Source of the DNA: Proteromonas lacertae
Lineage: Eukaryota
Reading direction: 5' to 3'
Length of the DNA stretch: 63,358 nucleotides
Assembly: GCA_002245135.1 (NCBI GenBank)
Contig: NGBS01001161.1
Span: 496,001-559,358, forward strand
A program made the translations under genes and the position numbers. The notes below the pieces were generated by a model. The model was given only the letters and a program-made list of their open reading frames with translations. It did not search any database and was not told the origin of the DNA. Shown in pieces: positions 40,568 through 56,907 of the stretch (position 1 is its first letter; every line of letters begins with the position of its first letter).

Positions 40568-42629
40568 TTAATCTTTCTTTGTATGTTCGGTTTCTTTAGA
40601 TCTATTGTCCAATGTGTTAAACAATCTATAACCAAAGAAAGCTAAAATTGTCAATAATGGGCAAAGATAACCAAGAACAGTAAACATTGTCAGATTAATC
40701 CAGTATTGTACAAACAAATATAATATAATTCCCAAAGTACCATGAAAACCTGCAGCCCAAATAATACCACTCCATACAAATCCACCAAATGTTGTCTTCA
40801 TATACATCAAATAAAAAACATAAATACCAACTGGAGCGATAACAAATATAGTAAATAACAAAGCTAACATTGGATTGGCTCTATTATCTGGAGCTCTAAA
40901 TATATGGTCAAACACTGGTAATGGTTTTAAAGTTGTATCTGATTCATATAACAATGGACGATGGTATAATGGTAATTCTTTTGAAGGTGCAGCAGGTAAA
41001 GTGATTTGGAAGTTAGCAAATTCCCATTGGATTGATTCTTGAATAGATGTATCACCAATTAATAATATACATTTATAATCACCACTTTTATATTTAAATC
41101 CTTCATTTAATACAGATGTATCTTTAAGATTGATTGTTGATACATATTGTGATTTCTTTATTGTTGCTACTGATGTATATTGTACTTCACCAGATGTATG
41201 AATGAATTGAATGAATACTTGTTGTGGTTGGAATTCATTTCCAATACTGTCTTTAATATCAAAACTAACTGTTATTGTTGTAGATGGATCTACTGATATT
41301 GATTCAGCTATCTTCTTTGGATATTCTGGTGCTTTTGATTCACTTCCACTGGATAATGATACTTTGAGTTTATTAATATTTAATGTAGTAATTACATTAC
41401 AGTGTAAAATATAAGAATCAACTGATAAATATGATTGTGGTGCTTCTAAATGTAATTTCAATTCATATGTACCTGGTTTGCCTTCTTTAAATACTGGTAT
41501 AATGACATTATTACCTTTCTTTTCACCATTTACATTTGATAATACTTCATCTTCACCAACTAATGATTGTAACAAATTCACATTTCCACCTTTTACATCT
41601 TCATCCCATAAAGATTTAATACTAATAGTTGCTTTACCATCACCATTATCTTTAATACTGGGAGTAACGAGTGATAATATGATTGGTTTACCTTTAGGAT
41701 TCTGTTCAATAGCTTTTAAACCAGCTAATACGAAATAAGCATCTTCAATTGAATTAGTATCTTTTGAATCTAATAAGTATTTTGTTAATTGTAATATTTG
41801 ATTTGAAGTGATTGTAATATCTTCACTGTTTAATGGTAATGAGAAATAACCTATTAATATTCTAGAGGTAGTTTGTAATTGTAATTTTTCACCAAATGAA
41901 AGTGTTAAATCATCAGCTGATTCTAATTCACCTAAGAGATTATTAAAACCTTCATTCATTTTACCAACATATTGCTTTAATTCATTATCTGATTTTAATT
42001 GTGATAATATATAATAGGCATGGGATGCTGTTAATACAGATGCTTGGGATTTCTTACCTTCTTTTGTACGGAATGTTCCATCTGGTTCTTGGTATGACAT
42101 TAAGTTCTTGAGGTAATTGTCAGGTAATGAAATTCCACTAGCTAATGCAGCAAGAGCAGCATTTACATAACTTCTCAAAGAATGACCATATCCATCAGTT
42201 ATTGCGCTTTTACTATTGATATATATATTATAATAAATATACACATCATCTGCTAAACTGATTTTACATCCAAGTTCATTCATTCCTCTTAAAGCATAAG
42301 ATAGTACTTTTATATCTTGACCAGCACTTAAATAGCCTTCAAATTTTTTACAATACTATTTTAAAAATAATATTAAATTGTGAGATATACAGTTGCATCA
42401 GCCTTCTTACTTCCTATCATCTTTAGAAGTGCAACAGCATAATATCCATCTTGTGAGTTTGAAAAATCCTTTAATGTATCAACTGCTAATTTTTCATATG
42501 CTTCTTTGTCAGCTTTTGTAAAGGGAGCCATATCCTGTGATAATGCTAATGCAATAATTGCAAATCCAATCAAAGCAATGTATTTACTCCTATATATTAT
42601 TAGTGTTTATGAAATTTTGAAATATACAT
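40568..42629 (-). CDS. RPN2: Oligosaccharyltransferase subunit ribophorin II (Swp1)
   Basis: Signal peptide; 'QPQQVF', 'SGDY..LLIGD....IQW', 'PLPVFDHIFRAPD', three C-terminal TMs, terminal KKD. Start codon is split by intron 42590-42627. Confidence 0.9.
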
Positions 42630-42759
42630 TCAGGAAAAAGAGTTAGAAAAATAATTGAAATGCTTGAAATCGAGTCAAAGCTTGAGATCTACAAAACTTT
42701 ATCATCGTTTTTCTCTCTAACAAAACAATACAATACAAAAAATAATATTAAATAATGCA

Positions 42760-44000
42760 TCACTGTGGCTTAATTTTCTTGATTCGTTTTTCTAAATTGC
42801 TAATATTCTCAGACATCTTTTCTAAATTTGTTTGTAACCCATATTGAACCTATAAATATAGATAATATGATATATATACTGTTTCAAGTAGTTGTTTATC
42901 TTGTTCTTTTATTGTCAAACTCTGATTTACTGATTTTTCTAAAGCTACAAATCTATTAGTCAAGTCAATAGCTGAATGGTGTAAAGTCTCTAATGTCTAT
43001 TAACAATATAATCAATAAAACATAAAAATACTTTTAATCTCTTAACAAGAGGTGGTAATTGTTTGACATATCCTCCCACTTCACTGAAATATTTATACAA
43101 TTCTTCAACATGAACTACAGCTTGTTTATCTAAAGAAATATTCTCAATCTTTCTCATATTTATCTTTTTCATAGCGTCACTTTCAAGCTTTTCCATTTTT
43201 GTCACAATTTCTTGTATTTCAGGTACAAAAGATTCTAATGTAATGATCTTTGATTCCAATGAGTTGATTTTGGATTGTAAATCAAATAATGCAACTTTAT
43301 TATCTAGTGGTGGTGGAATTGCATATAATTCATAAGTAACTGGTACAATGGAATCATTAGCTGATGATATTGATGATGACTTCAACTGATCTATATTCTG
43401 CTGCAATCTTTCTGCTAATTTTGAATTTTGTTGATAAGACTATTATTAATAATAGTGAATAAATACTTCCATAATAGCTGGAGGACGTGGATGAATTCTT
43501 GGATCTGTTTCTAATCTCTCAAGTTTGTTTTTCATATCTTCTAAATCTGATTGATAGTTTTCCCATGTGGATACAGAAGAATTCTATTTAATAATCAAAT
43601 ATATATTTGCATAATACATTTTCAGAGATTTGTTCCATATCACTTGTTAATTCATCAAATTGTTGTTTTATCATTGCAAATCGTTGATATGGAGTGAAAT
43701 AAGTGCTATATGCACGAAGTGTAGAAGCTAATAAAACTTTATAAATACTCTATCCATACATTCCTCGTTATGTTGAGTAATTTGTTGTAAAGCTTTTTTT
43801 GGACTAATATTTTCTTCGTCTATATAGCCTCTTGACTCACTTTTATCCTAACATAAAACATAAATAATTGCTTTTAATACTCTAGAATCAATATTTTTAT
43901 GTGGTAAAGATGTAAAATGATTAGGAAGATCCTCTTCAACACGTGGTTGAGGGTTTGCAGGTCTTTCATATATTTCTTCGCCAGATTGTTGCGAATCCAT
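42760..44000 (-). CDS. DCTN2: Dynactin subunit 2 (dynamitin/p50)-like, multi-exon
   Basis: 'EEIYE', 'TPYQRF', 'VTYELY', 'VEELY...LPPLVKRLK.LH..A..L', C-terminal 'N..LEKRIKKI'. Confidence 0.7.
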
Positions 44001-44089
44001 CCCTTTTAAAAATACTATCAAATCAAATTCAAGTTTATATTTGACAAGCTTTTTTTATTTTTTTCTTTTCTTCACATAAACTAGACTAG

Positions 44090-44774
44090 ATGCAGGATAT
44101 TAGACCCAAGTATTTTAATCATTATGACTGCAATTACCTTAGAACACAGAATAAGAAGCTGTTCACACCATTTATGTTATTTGCTGGTGAAATTAGAGAC
44201 CAAGTATATCCTATCTGTAATAAAAAAGGTTACACGAGATTTACCTAATGGTACTTTTATTGAAAGAGGAGTAGAGATTGCATCAAGGTGGGAAAAACTG
44301 AGTCCAGAATATAAAAAAGAGTTAGAAAAGCGTTTACAAGTAGAACCAGCAAAAAGAGATAGGCAAACATCCTCCGTACTATAATAATCGATTTTACTTC
44401 TCTAGAATTCTAAATCAAACAGTAATTCTGACAAACCACTTAAGAAGAAGCATAAGAGAGATCCAGGAGCACCAAAACAACCATGTACATCATTCATGTT
44501 TTTTTGTCACGATAAAAGGAAGATGTTGAAAGAAGAAAACCCAGATTTATCTATATCAGAATGTATTATCACTTATATTATATGTGTTTTTAATAGCTGG
44601 TAAATTATTAGGACAAATGTGGAGAGGATTAAGTGATTCAGAAAAACAAGTATTATCTGTATAGTCTATTAGTAATAGAAATACATTAATCAAGCTGATA
44701 TTGATAAGAAGAGATATTCAAAAGAGATGGAAGAATATAATAGAACGAAAAATCAAGAAATGAATAAAACCTAA
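44090..44774 (+). CDS. HMG-box protein with two HMG boxes (HMGB/NHP6-like), 5 introns
   Basis: Spliced 'FTPFMLFAGEIRDQV...IASRWEKLS' and 'KRDPGAPKQPCTSFMFF...EENPDLSISE..KLLGQMWRGLS..EKQKY'. Confidence 0.85.
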
Positions 44775-44905
44775 TTAAATTAATTAGAATTTAAAGAATA
44801 TTTATACAGATATATGAATTTATGAGTATTTGTTTTTGTGTTTGGTTAAATGATAAAGAAAAAAGATATGAATTTGAAAAAAATGAAAAAATGAAAAAAA
44901 GTATT

Positions 44906-44987
44906 TGCATTGAGTGGGGTTTGAACCCACGAGTGCGAACACATCACGACCTTAACGTGACCCCTTGGACCGCTCGGGCATCAATGC
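44906..44987 (-). tRNA. tRNA-Leu(AAG)
   Basis: Minus strand: acceptor stem GCATTGA/TCAATGC plus discriminator A, D arm, anticodon arm TCACG-TTAAGGT-CGTGA, long variable arm, GGTTCAAACCC T loop, downstream T7 Pol III terminator. Confidence 0.95.
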
Positions 44988-45069
44988 TATTGAAAGTTCA
45001 ACAAAATGTGATTATATGAATAAATCCTCAGCTTGTTTATTCAAATCTTTATTCCCTCCAAAATTAAAA

Positions 45070-47225
45070 ATGGCTGAATCTGAAAAGGATAGAGACTTAG
45101 AAATATTATTAGAGTATTAATTGTTTAGTTATTATTATAATTAGTAATTATGAGAGCATTATTTCATCAAATTTATATTCCGATTCTATTCCAATAAGGT
45201 TACAATTGATTAAAGATGAAAATGTTGTTCAAATTCTTGATACATTCCCCATGCCGTTGGATTCAGTATTGAATTTATATTGTTTATTTTAGATTGAAAT
45301 AAAAGATGATGAAGAAATGAAATCAAAAAAGAAACAAAGTAAAAATATAATTCAAAATACAAATTTTAAAAAGCTGAAAGTATCTATTCCTGCAGATACA
45401 GCAGAATCTATAAAAGCAGAATATTTATCAATATATTTCCCAACAAGACTAATTTCAACTCCAAATGATGCATCATCTTTATCATCGCCATCTCAATCAC
45501 AATCTCAAAGTACACCAACAAAACCATCAAAATCAACACCAATTACTATAACTAATAAATCTCCATCACCCCTGTTAAGAAATACACAAAGAGTGGTAAT
45601 AAATAGTTCAAAATTATCAAATCCAAAATTAATATTAGAAGAACTTAAGCCAATAATTAATCCAACTGATCCATTTTTGCTTGATTCCTGTTTGCCTTAT
45701 TTGAATAATTTAATAAAGACTAAGAAGATTGTTAATAACAATAATTTATCAAATAGTAAGTTTATATGTTATTGGTGCCAAAATACTCCCAGAATAATTA
45801 ATAATCCAGCTCTTTATTATTCAATATTTCTATCAATTACAGTAAAACTTCCATTATTTGTATTTACATGTATATCACAAAATCAAGTCAATAAATCAAA
45901 TTATTATAGATCTAATGCATTTCAGTTGTTTTCTAATGAATTAAAAGTTTATAATATACCATTAGTAGGATTGTACATGGAAGAGAAAGATGTATAATTT
46001 ACATTTATAATATGATATATATATATAGTTATCTTCATTTTTTGGTCAATTTACTCGTAAAACAAAACCATTTATAATTATCACTGATGAATCATTATTA
46101 CCATGTATGTATTTATTGTAATTGTTTTAATAAATAGCTTCCCGTAAATATACATTAGTTTGTAGTAGAACATCAGCTTGTTCATTTCTGTCATTCGACT
46201 GTAATTCAGTTTATGGAAAATATGAAAATATTCCATTGAAGTTAATAGAATCAATAAATAATAAAGAACAGATTAGTATTGATAATGAAAATTACATTCA
46301 ATTTTATAAACATATTATTTCTTATCCTACAGAATTAACAACAAAAATATCAACAGAATGGATATTACCTTTATCAATACAAAAGTTTTTATATAAAGCA
46401 GATACAATTGAAAAGTCATGGATTGTAGAATTACCTGATGTTATAATTAATAAATGGAATAGAGTTAATTGGGATAATGTAAATATAAAATATCATAATA
46501 TTATAAAGAATAATAATAAATATATGATGAGTATTGATAGTTTTTACAATGAATATGAAAATAACAAAACAGCCAATAATCCTCTATTAAAATATGGATT
46601 ATTATTTCAATGTTATACTGGTAGAATATCTCCAATAATGATATTCAAAATATTTATTGAGAAAAACAATAACATCATTCCAAATGATATAATCTATGTA
46701 TATTTTAGTAACTTAGAAATTTCTTATTATAAATTGTATGAAAAACATAGTGATAGTATATATATATTTGTATTATATATTATAGTTATTTTTCCTATAA
46801 TAATATCAAAGTATATACCACAATGGGTTATTGAAACATTAGAAGATCATTCTACAGATAAAAGAGCAAACAGAAATTATCCAGCAGATTTTGAATCAGC
46901 AATTACTGATGATAAATTGTTTAATGTTATACAGAAATATTTAGTGAATAATGGAATTATTCCATTTGAATTGTTGAATTATTGGGTTGATTTTCCCATT
47001 TACAATACTCAACCACCGTTAGTTCCTGTTGATTTAACAATCTCTTTATTAAATAAATACTTTTGCAATGGATGTGAAAGTGTTTTATATCATATTTTAG
47101 ATTCTTATAATGATAATAATGAACCATTATCAAGTGATGAAATAGTTACAGGTAAAATGAATATTATGGATGTTGAGAAACTACATAGACAAATTAATGT
47201 TGAATCTTTTATTAATAATATGTAA
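45070..47225 (+). CDS. Hypothetical multi-exon protein
   Basis: ATG at 45070; short GT-AG introns link ORFs 45317-45997 and 46236-47225. No family recognised. Confidence 0.6.
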
Positions 47226-47256
47226 AATGTATGTGTTTTTTTTATTTTTTTATTTC

Positions 47257-48955
47257 TTATAATAATAAAAACATAAAATTCATTAACAAATAAATGCTTA
47301 TATTAAGTTTTTCAACAATTTGATTTACTTCTGTTGGATTTTTTCCTAATAATTGTTGTCTAATATCATTCCTTATCTTCTTTCTCAAATAGAAAATAAC
47401 AACAACAATAATACCAATAAAAACTAATCCAAATACAACCGATAATGAAATAATCAATGATAAATTATGACATTTATTATAACAATCACCTTTCTCTTCC
47501 AAAACATCACAAGGTCTACCACCATTATAAGATGGTTGTATTATTTCTCTTGTTCTATAATGATAGCCTTTACCGCATTTCTCAGAACACTCACTCCATT
47601 CACTCCAATCACTCAATTTACAATTTCTTGGATAAGTTTCTTCATCATCCCAATCTATTTTAGTTGATGAATCTAAAGACTTTATTTGTCTGAAATATTC
47701 TTCTTTATATTCTGTTAATAACAATGGATAACCAATACTAATTATATCTTGAATAACAAAATCAGGATTTGTACCTGAACTTTCTGGAAAATCATTCACA
47801 ATATAATGTGTATTTGGATTTTCATACACTCTAAGTTGTGTATCCCAAGCATTTCCTTTCTGTAATGCTTGTATATGTCCATATCTAAAGTCTTCAGCTA
47901 TTAATTCTTCTGATCTTGAGATATTATAATCATAATGCATCCAAATATCAGCAAGTTTTACATATTTTAATCCATCCTCTATTGTGTATTTGTATTTTCC
48001 TTCTTCTCCAAGATATTCTACTCTTGCATCTTTGAATATTTGATACATTGATGATGTTGGAGTTAAAGCTCCCCAATATTCTTTATTATCTTTATCTTTG
48101 TATATTCTACCTACAAATACTTTTGGTATTGGTGATGTAATATTTGTTACTACAGATTTGTATTTGTTGTATGTATCTAATGTTTTGTAAAATACTTCAT
48201 CTGCTAATGCTTCTGCATTAGTCATAATTCCACATATTTTCAAAAATTCAACTCTATGTATTACAATAATAATAATTTATATATATTATACACTCCAAAA
48301 ACATTCATTTCATTATTAAACTGTGAAATAAATACATTTCCAATTTTCGAGTGATCTTTCCAATCTTCAGATGTAACAAAAGCAACTTCATTGTTGACTT
48401 TTAATATTTCTTCCTATAATAATAATCATTATTGTTGATATTTAAATACATTATCAAAATATGTTTCATTAGTTGTTGTGTTATATTTCTGTACAACTGG
48501 AATATAGTGACCTTTTACTTCTTCACTCTCTATATATGAATGAATATTATTTGTTGATATATGATCGACAAAACCTGTAGCTTGTAATAAGCTAATTTTA
48601 TCCAATTTGACTAAGATTGGATATATTGTTGGATCTGTGGCTGTTATATCCTTAACAGGAACATAAATCACATTCTTATATCTATAAAAAATATAAAGTC
48701 ATGTTTGCTTTAATACTCAGGTGGTAAAGGTAAACCACATCTAACCAAAGCATATTTAATTGTCTCATCTTTATAATTGTACTCTACATCAACGTAGGTG
48801 TTATAATAGGTAATAGTATAAATATTGGAATAAGTCAGATTAACTTTGTATGGGAAATAGTCTTTTCCTTCCACAAATATTTGTGGATCGGTACAGTCTT
48901 TTGAAAATACCTGTTGAATTAACAATAAAACTATAATATAGCGAAATATAGCCAT
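47257..48955 (-). CDS. CBA1-like / periplasmic-binding-protein (Fe-chelate/B12 class) domain + TSP1 repeat + TM helix; paralog 1
   Basis: Signal peptide; 'DYFPYKV..TYS..Y.ITYYNTY...YALVRCG'; 'VPVK.I..T'; 'ADIW'; 'NDFPESSGTNPDFVIQDII.I.YP'; TSP1 'CKLSDWSEWSECSEKCGKG..YRTR.I...GG.PC'; TM; basic tail. 3 introns. Confidence 0.8.
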
Positions 48956-49101
48956 TTAAAGTATTTCTAAAATTATAAATGCTTGGCTTGATTCAAATTA
49001 TTTAAACATCTCTTAATATCTCTGTGTATTAGTATTTTATAGCAAATCAAAACACATAAATAAATATAGTCACTCAAGTTAAAATAAAAAAAATAAAATC
49101 A

Positions 49102-50769
49102 TTATATTTCCACCAAGTGGTTAATAATCTCTTTTTGTTCTTCAGGAGTCTTTCCTATTAATTGACTTCTAATCTTATTCTTAGTATGTCTTGCTACACA
49201 GAACCACACAATAATTGCTGCTACTACTATTACTACAACAAAAACAACAACAAGGATGATAATCAATGTTGTATCTTTACATTTGTTATAGCAAGCTTTT
49301 GTTTCTTCTAAAGAAGGACATGCTTCTCCACCATTTTTAGAAGCTGCAATAATTGGTCTAGTTCTTTTTTGAATACCTTCATCACATTTTTCAGAACAAT
49401 CTGACCAATCACTCCATTCTCCTACAGCACAATTCACTGGATATGTTGATGGATTATTCCAGTCAATACCACTACTTGTATCTGCTGCAGGTATATTCAT
49501 ATAATATTGAAATTGGTGAGCTATCATAACTTCAGGATAAAATATTTTAGCTAAATCTTTCAATACTAAATTTGGATAAATCTGACCTGTTTGAAAGAAT
49601 TCATTAGCTGTATAGTCATCTATTAATAAATATGTATATTATTATTATGGATAATACGATTAGGGTCTTGATCTACTTTCAAAGTTCTATCCCATACATT
49701 TCCCTTTTGTAATGGCAGTATTTTACCATAACTAGAATCAGTAGCTAATAATGTTTCAGTTCTTGTATAATATCCTGTTCCAACATTTATCCAAACATCA
49801 GCTGTTTTGCCTGATTCTAATGCAGCATCTACTGAAATATCATTTAATATATTTGCTCCGGCATCTTCAATGATTTTTCTTGTATAACCACCAGCTGTTG
49901 CCCAATAAAATTCTCCTTGTACTTGAGTACTTGCCATTTTCCCACCAACTAATACTTTCACTTTTTCTTTATTACTATCAATATGTTCTTCTAAAGCAGC
50001 TTCAATTTCTTTTTTTGCTTCAATATAATCATCATAAATTCTATCATAAAAATTATTAGCTGCATCTTCTCTTCCTGTTAAAAGTCCTAAAACTTTTACA
50101 ACTTCTGCACTATTTATATATAACAATAAAACTTAAATTATACACTCCAAATTGGTTTTCTTCGTAAGATGATTCTTCTAAAAATAATCTTACATCTGTA
50201 CGATTTGCTAATAAAGTCCAATGACTACCTATAGCAACATCTGAATTAACTTCAACTACTTTTGATATATTAGTTGCTGACCATCCATTATCTTGAAAAT
50301 AATCAACATTTACTACTTCTTGTCCTGCTTTTTTCATCTGTTCAATGTATGATTTAACTGGTTTGTATGTAATAAATGACTGCATTCCAGTTGCTTTGAT
50401 TTTATTCAAAACTCCTAGTGCATTTAAAAATGCAGCTGATGTTGTTTCTAATATAGTTATAGTATTAACTGGAATTTGAATTATTGCACCTTTTCTAAAT
50501 AAATATAATGAAATAAAGATATACGCTTCAGGTGGTGTTGGACATCCTCTTTTCACTAATGTGTGTTCATACCAAGCATCAGGACCTCCATATTCGCCTT
50601 TTACAAAAACATTTACTTCAACATATGTTTTATGGTATATTACTTTATATTGCGTTGAATTCGTTAATTCAATTTTAGAACTGAATTGATCAATGTTAAC
50701 ATCACATTCATCAGCTGCTAATGCAATATCACAGGAAAGTAGCAACAAAAACAAGCTAAATTTTGACAT
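49102..50769 (-). CDS. CBA1-like / periplasmic-binding-protein domain + TSP1 repeat + TM helix; paralog 2
   Basis: Signal peptide; 'YKVIYHKTYVEV...LVKRGCP.P', 'IPVNTI', 'IIEDAGA', 'ADVWIN', 'NEFFQTGQIYPNLVLKDLAKIFYPE...HQFQYY'; TSP1 'CAVGEWSDWSDCSEKC..G.QKRTR'; TM. Two intron positions shared with paralog 1. Confidence 0.8.
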
Positions 50770-50910
50770 TTTAATTACTTTTTTAATTCAAACACACAAT
50801 AATTATTTGGCTTGATTGAATATGATTGGATAAAATCAAGATTCGTCATTTTGTGTAATTTTGACATGTAAATTACAGATATTTTAATTTACTGAATTTT
50901 TCTTGTTTTT

Positions 50911-51383
50911 ATGAATATTATCGCAAGCCAGGAGTATGACTTGGAATTTCCTGTTGCTTCTCCAATTGTACTACCTCATTCGTATAATATACCGAATTTG
51001 ATGAAAACTCCACCTACAAGACTCAGTTATACTGTAAAAGAAAATCCTTTAAGTCCATTTTATAAAAGTGATTTTAGTGCTAGTAATTCCAGCCTTACTT
51101 TGACTTTTTCTAGTAATAATGATTTAGTAGGTCAAGAGCATTTACAAGTATTATATAGTTTATGATAATGTATTTTTAGAATGATATAAAAGATGTGATG
51201 AACATCATTTCAGATTATATTGACTTACAATTATCACCAATTCATAAAAACAACCAAGACATTGTTCAAGAGACTATATTGGATGTTTTTAATTATGTTG
51301 AAGGAAATGTTGATGATATGAAATATCTTCGACATGAAGTTTATGAAATAATGAATAATGTTGTTGATCATTTAAAATTTTAA
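50911..51383 (+). CDS. Small hypothetical protein (2 exons)
   Basis: Intron ~51148-51179 joins ORFs 50911-51165 and 51195-51383. Confidence 0.55.
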
Positions 51384-51555
51384 ATTAAAATAATCTGTAA
51401 TAAATTAATTGTATTGATGCTGTTATAATATGTGATTTTTAGGAATATATAACATTATTCACATCAAAACACTAAATTATTTTGTTTTTTAATATGATGA
51501 GCTTTGAAAAATATTTTCGTAACCCACAAATTATATTTTTTAATTCTTATTTTTC

Positions 51556-52649
51556 ATGTCTGTTTTTGTAGAAACAAAAAATCAAGTAATATATTCTAAT
51601 ATATTTTCTATATAGGATGCTAGTATATATGTAGGGAACTTGGATGAAAAAGTAAATGAAGAAATATTGTGGGAAGTAATGTTACAAGTATTAAATATAT
51701 ATTTTAATATATTAGGCTGGACCAGTAGTTAGTATACATATACCAAGAGATAAACTAAGTAACCTTCACCAAGTATATTATAACACATATCTTATAATTA
51801 GGGATATGGTTTTGTTGAATTTAGATCAGAAGAAGATGCAGATTATGCAATGAAAATTATGAATATGGTATAAATTATCTAAATTTCGTACTATTAAATA
51901 TCTAGGTGAAATTATATGGAAAACCTCTTAGAATGAACAAAGCTACTCAAGATAAGAAGGTACTTGATATTGGTGCCAATTTGTTTGTGGGTAATTTAAG
52001 TCCTGAAGTTGATGAAAAGATGTTATATGATACATTTTCAGCATTTGGTGGTATTGTAGCGACACCCAAAATAATGAGAGATCCAGAGACTAATGTAAGT
52101 AAAGGATATGGGTTTGTACAATATGAATCCTTTGAAGCTGCTGATTATGCAATTGATTCAATGAATGGTCAGTTTTACTGTGGTAAGCAGATTGTCGTAC
52201 AATTTGCATTTAAGAAAGACTCAGGAGAACGTCATGGTTCTGCTGCTGAAAGATTTAGAGCTCAAAATGTTAATAAACTTAAACCTAATACAATGTTTGG
52301 TGGCGTTCCTCCTCCTAATGCATTACCAGGACAAATACAACCTAATCCAAGTATGTTACCACCAGGTGTAACAGCTCAACCACCACCACCTCCTCCTCCT
52401 CCTGGTATGATGATGCCAAGTGGTGGTTTTCCTCCTCCACCACCTCCTAATGGTATGATGATGATGCCTCCTATGGGAATACCTGGAATGATGCCTCCTC
52501 CAGGCATGATGCCACCTCCTGGAATGATGATGCCACCTGGAATGATGCCACCAGGTATGATGATGCCTCCACCTGGTATGGGTATGCCTCCTGGAATGTT
52601 TCCTCCTCCACCACCTCCACCTCCTTCTGCAACACCTAATTCTAGTTAA
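51556..52649 (+). CDS. SF3B4: Splicing factor 3B subunit 4 (SAP49): two RRMs and a Pro/Met-rich tail
   Basis: '[15 protein letters not shown]', '[20 protein letters not shown]', 'GANLFVGNL', '[10 protein letters not shown]'; 4 introns. Confidence 0.95.
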
Positions 52650-52825
52650 TTGTTACTTATTTATGTAAAAATATATTGTGTGTATTGGTTTTGAAAATAA
52701 TAATAGAAGTATTTATTTATTCCCAAATCAATAAAAGAGTTAAATAACAAAATACAATAATATATTTAAAATGTCTCTCAACTACTATTATTATTATTAT
52801 TATTATATGTTTATATTTAATATAT

Positions 52826-55758
<2,933 letters not shown>

Positions 55759-55849
55759 ATATAATAATAATAATATGTTTTTAAATATTGTTTTATTAAT
55801 GGGTTTTTATAACAATTCACAAAGAAAATAAATACAAATAATATTTCAA

Positions 55850-56907
55850 TTATAGTTTTAATGTTTCGATTGTCCAATTCCATAATTCTTCTTCAGCTTG
55901 ATTTGTACATTTTTCAGATGGAGTTAAGATTGAATGACCACTGTATATACCAAATCCATCCATTAATAATTGTAAATAATACCATTTTGGTGAAAATGGA
56001 TAACAATAAACACTCACATATTCTCCACCTTCTATCTCATCACTCGTTGCTGCATATACTGAACTAGCACATCCTTGTTCAGGAGTTAAGATTATATAAG
56101 GCAAGATTTTTTGCATTAAAGCAGGTCGATTTCGCCAGATATTGGAACTTGATACACCTGGATGAACAGCTACTACTTTCACATGACTATTACCTTCTAA
56201 TCTCAATCGACGTTGTAATTCAAATGTAAATAATGTCTATTAAAAATACATTATATTCATATTTATACCATTGCATATTTAGATTCACGATAACTTGCAG
56301 CATATGTTCCATTCGCAGATTCTTTGAAATTACCACTTCCTAAACGATGAATTACAGATGAGAAATTGATTATTCGACCATTCTTTGACTTCTTTATTGT
56401 CGGAAGAAGTAAATATGTCAATAGAAAATGAGACTAAAACATTTTATTATTATCATCTATAATTATACCATATAGTTAGATTGGAAAGCTGTTTCAAATC
56501 CATCTTCAGTCATTGTACCAGATGTTGTAGAACCTGCATTGTTTATCAAGATTTCTAAACTATCATATTTTGATTCATAACTTTTCACAAACTCTCTCAC
56601 ACTTTTAAAACTGTTCAGATCAATCTTCATTGCACAGATTGAACCATTCTTTTCGTTGATCTCTTTCTTTAATTCACTCACTACTTCTTCAGCTCTATCA
56701 GTATAGTATGTGTTATATATTTATACTTTTCCATGTTCCTGCATGCAATTATCACATTCACACCTAATTGGATTAACTTCTTAGCAGTTTCTTTACCAAT
56801 TCCTGAATTACCTCCTGTTATCACTGCTCTTGCTCCTTCTATCCATGGTTCAACATCATATTTCTATAACTAACAATAATAAAATATACTTTCACACAAC
56901 AATTCAT
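55850..56907 (-). CDS. Short-chain dehydrogenase/reductase (RDH/WWOX-like), 4 introns
   Basis: MNCC start, 'VITGGNSGIG', 'LINNAG', YRESK catalytic motif, 'VHPG'. Confidence 0.9.

Noticed and set aside
44822..45019. 65-aa ORF
   Set aside because: Antisense shadow of the tRNA-Leu gene.
47257..47310. Hydrophobic C-terminal extension (SIYLLMNFMFLLL) as a second TM/GPI signal or a poly(A)-generated stop
   Set aside because: The paralog ends at the equivalent point; one fewer A in a homopolymer gives VENLI*, so an indel error is the simpler explanation. Unresolved without reads.
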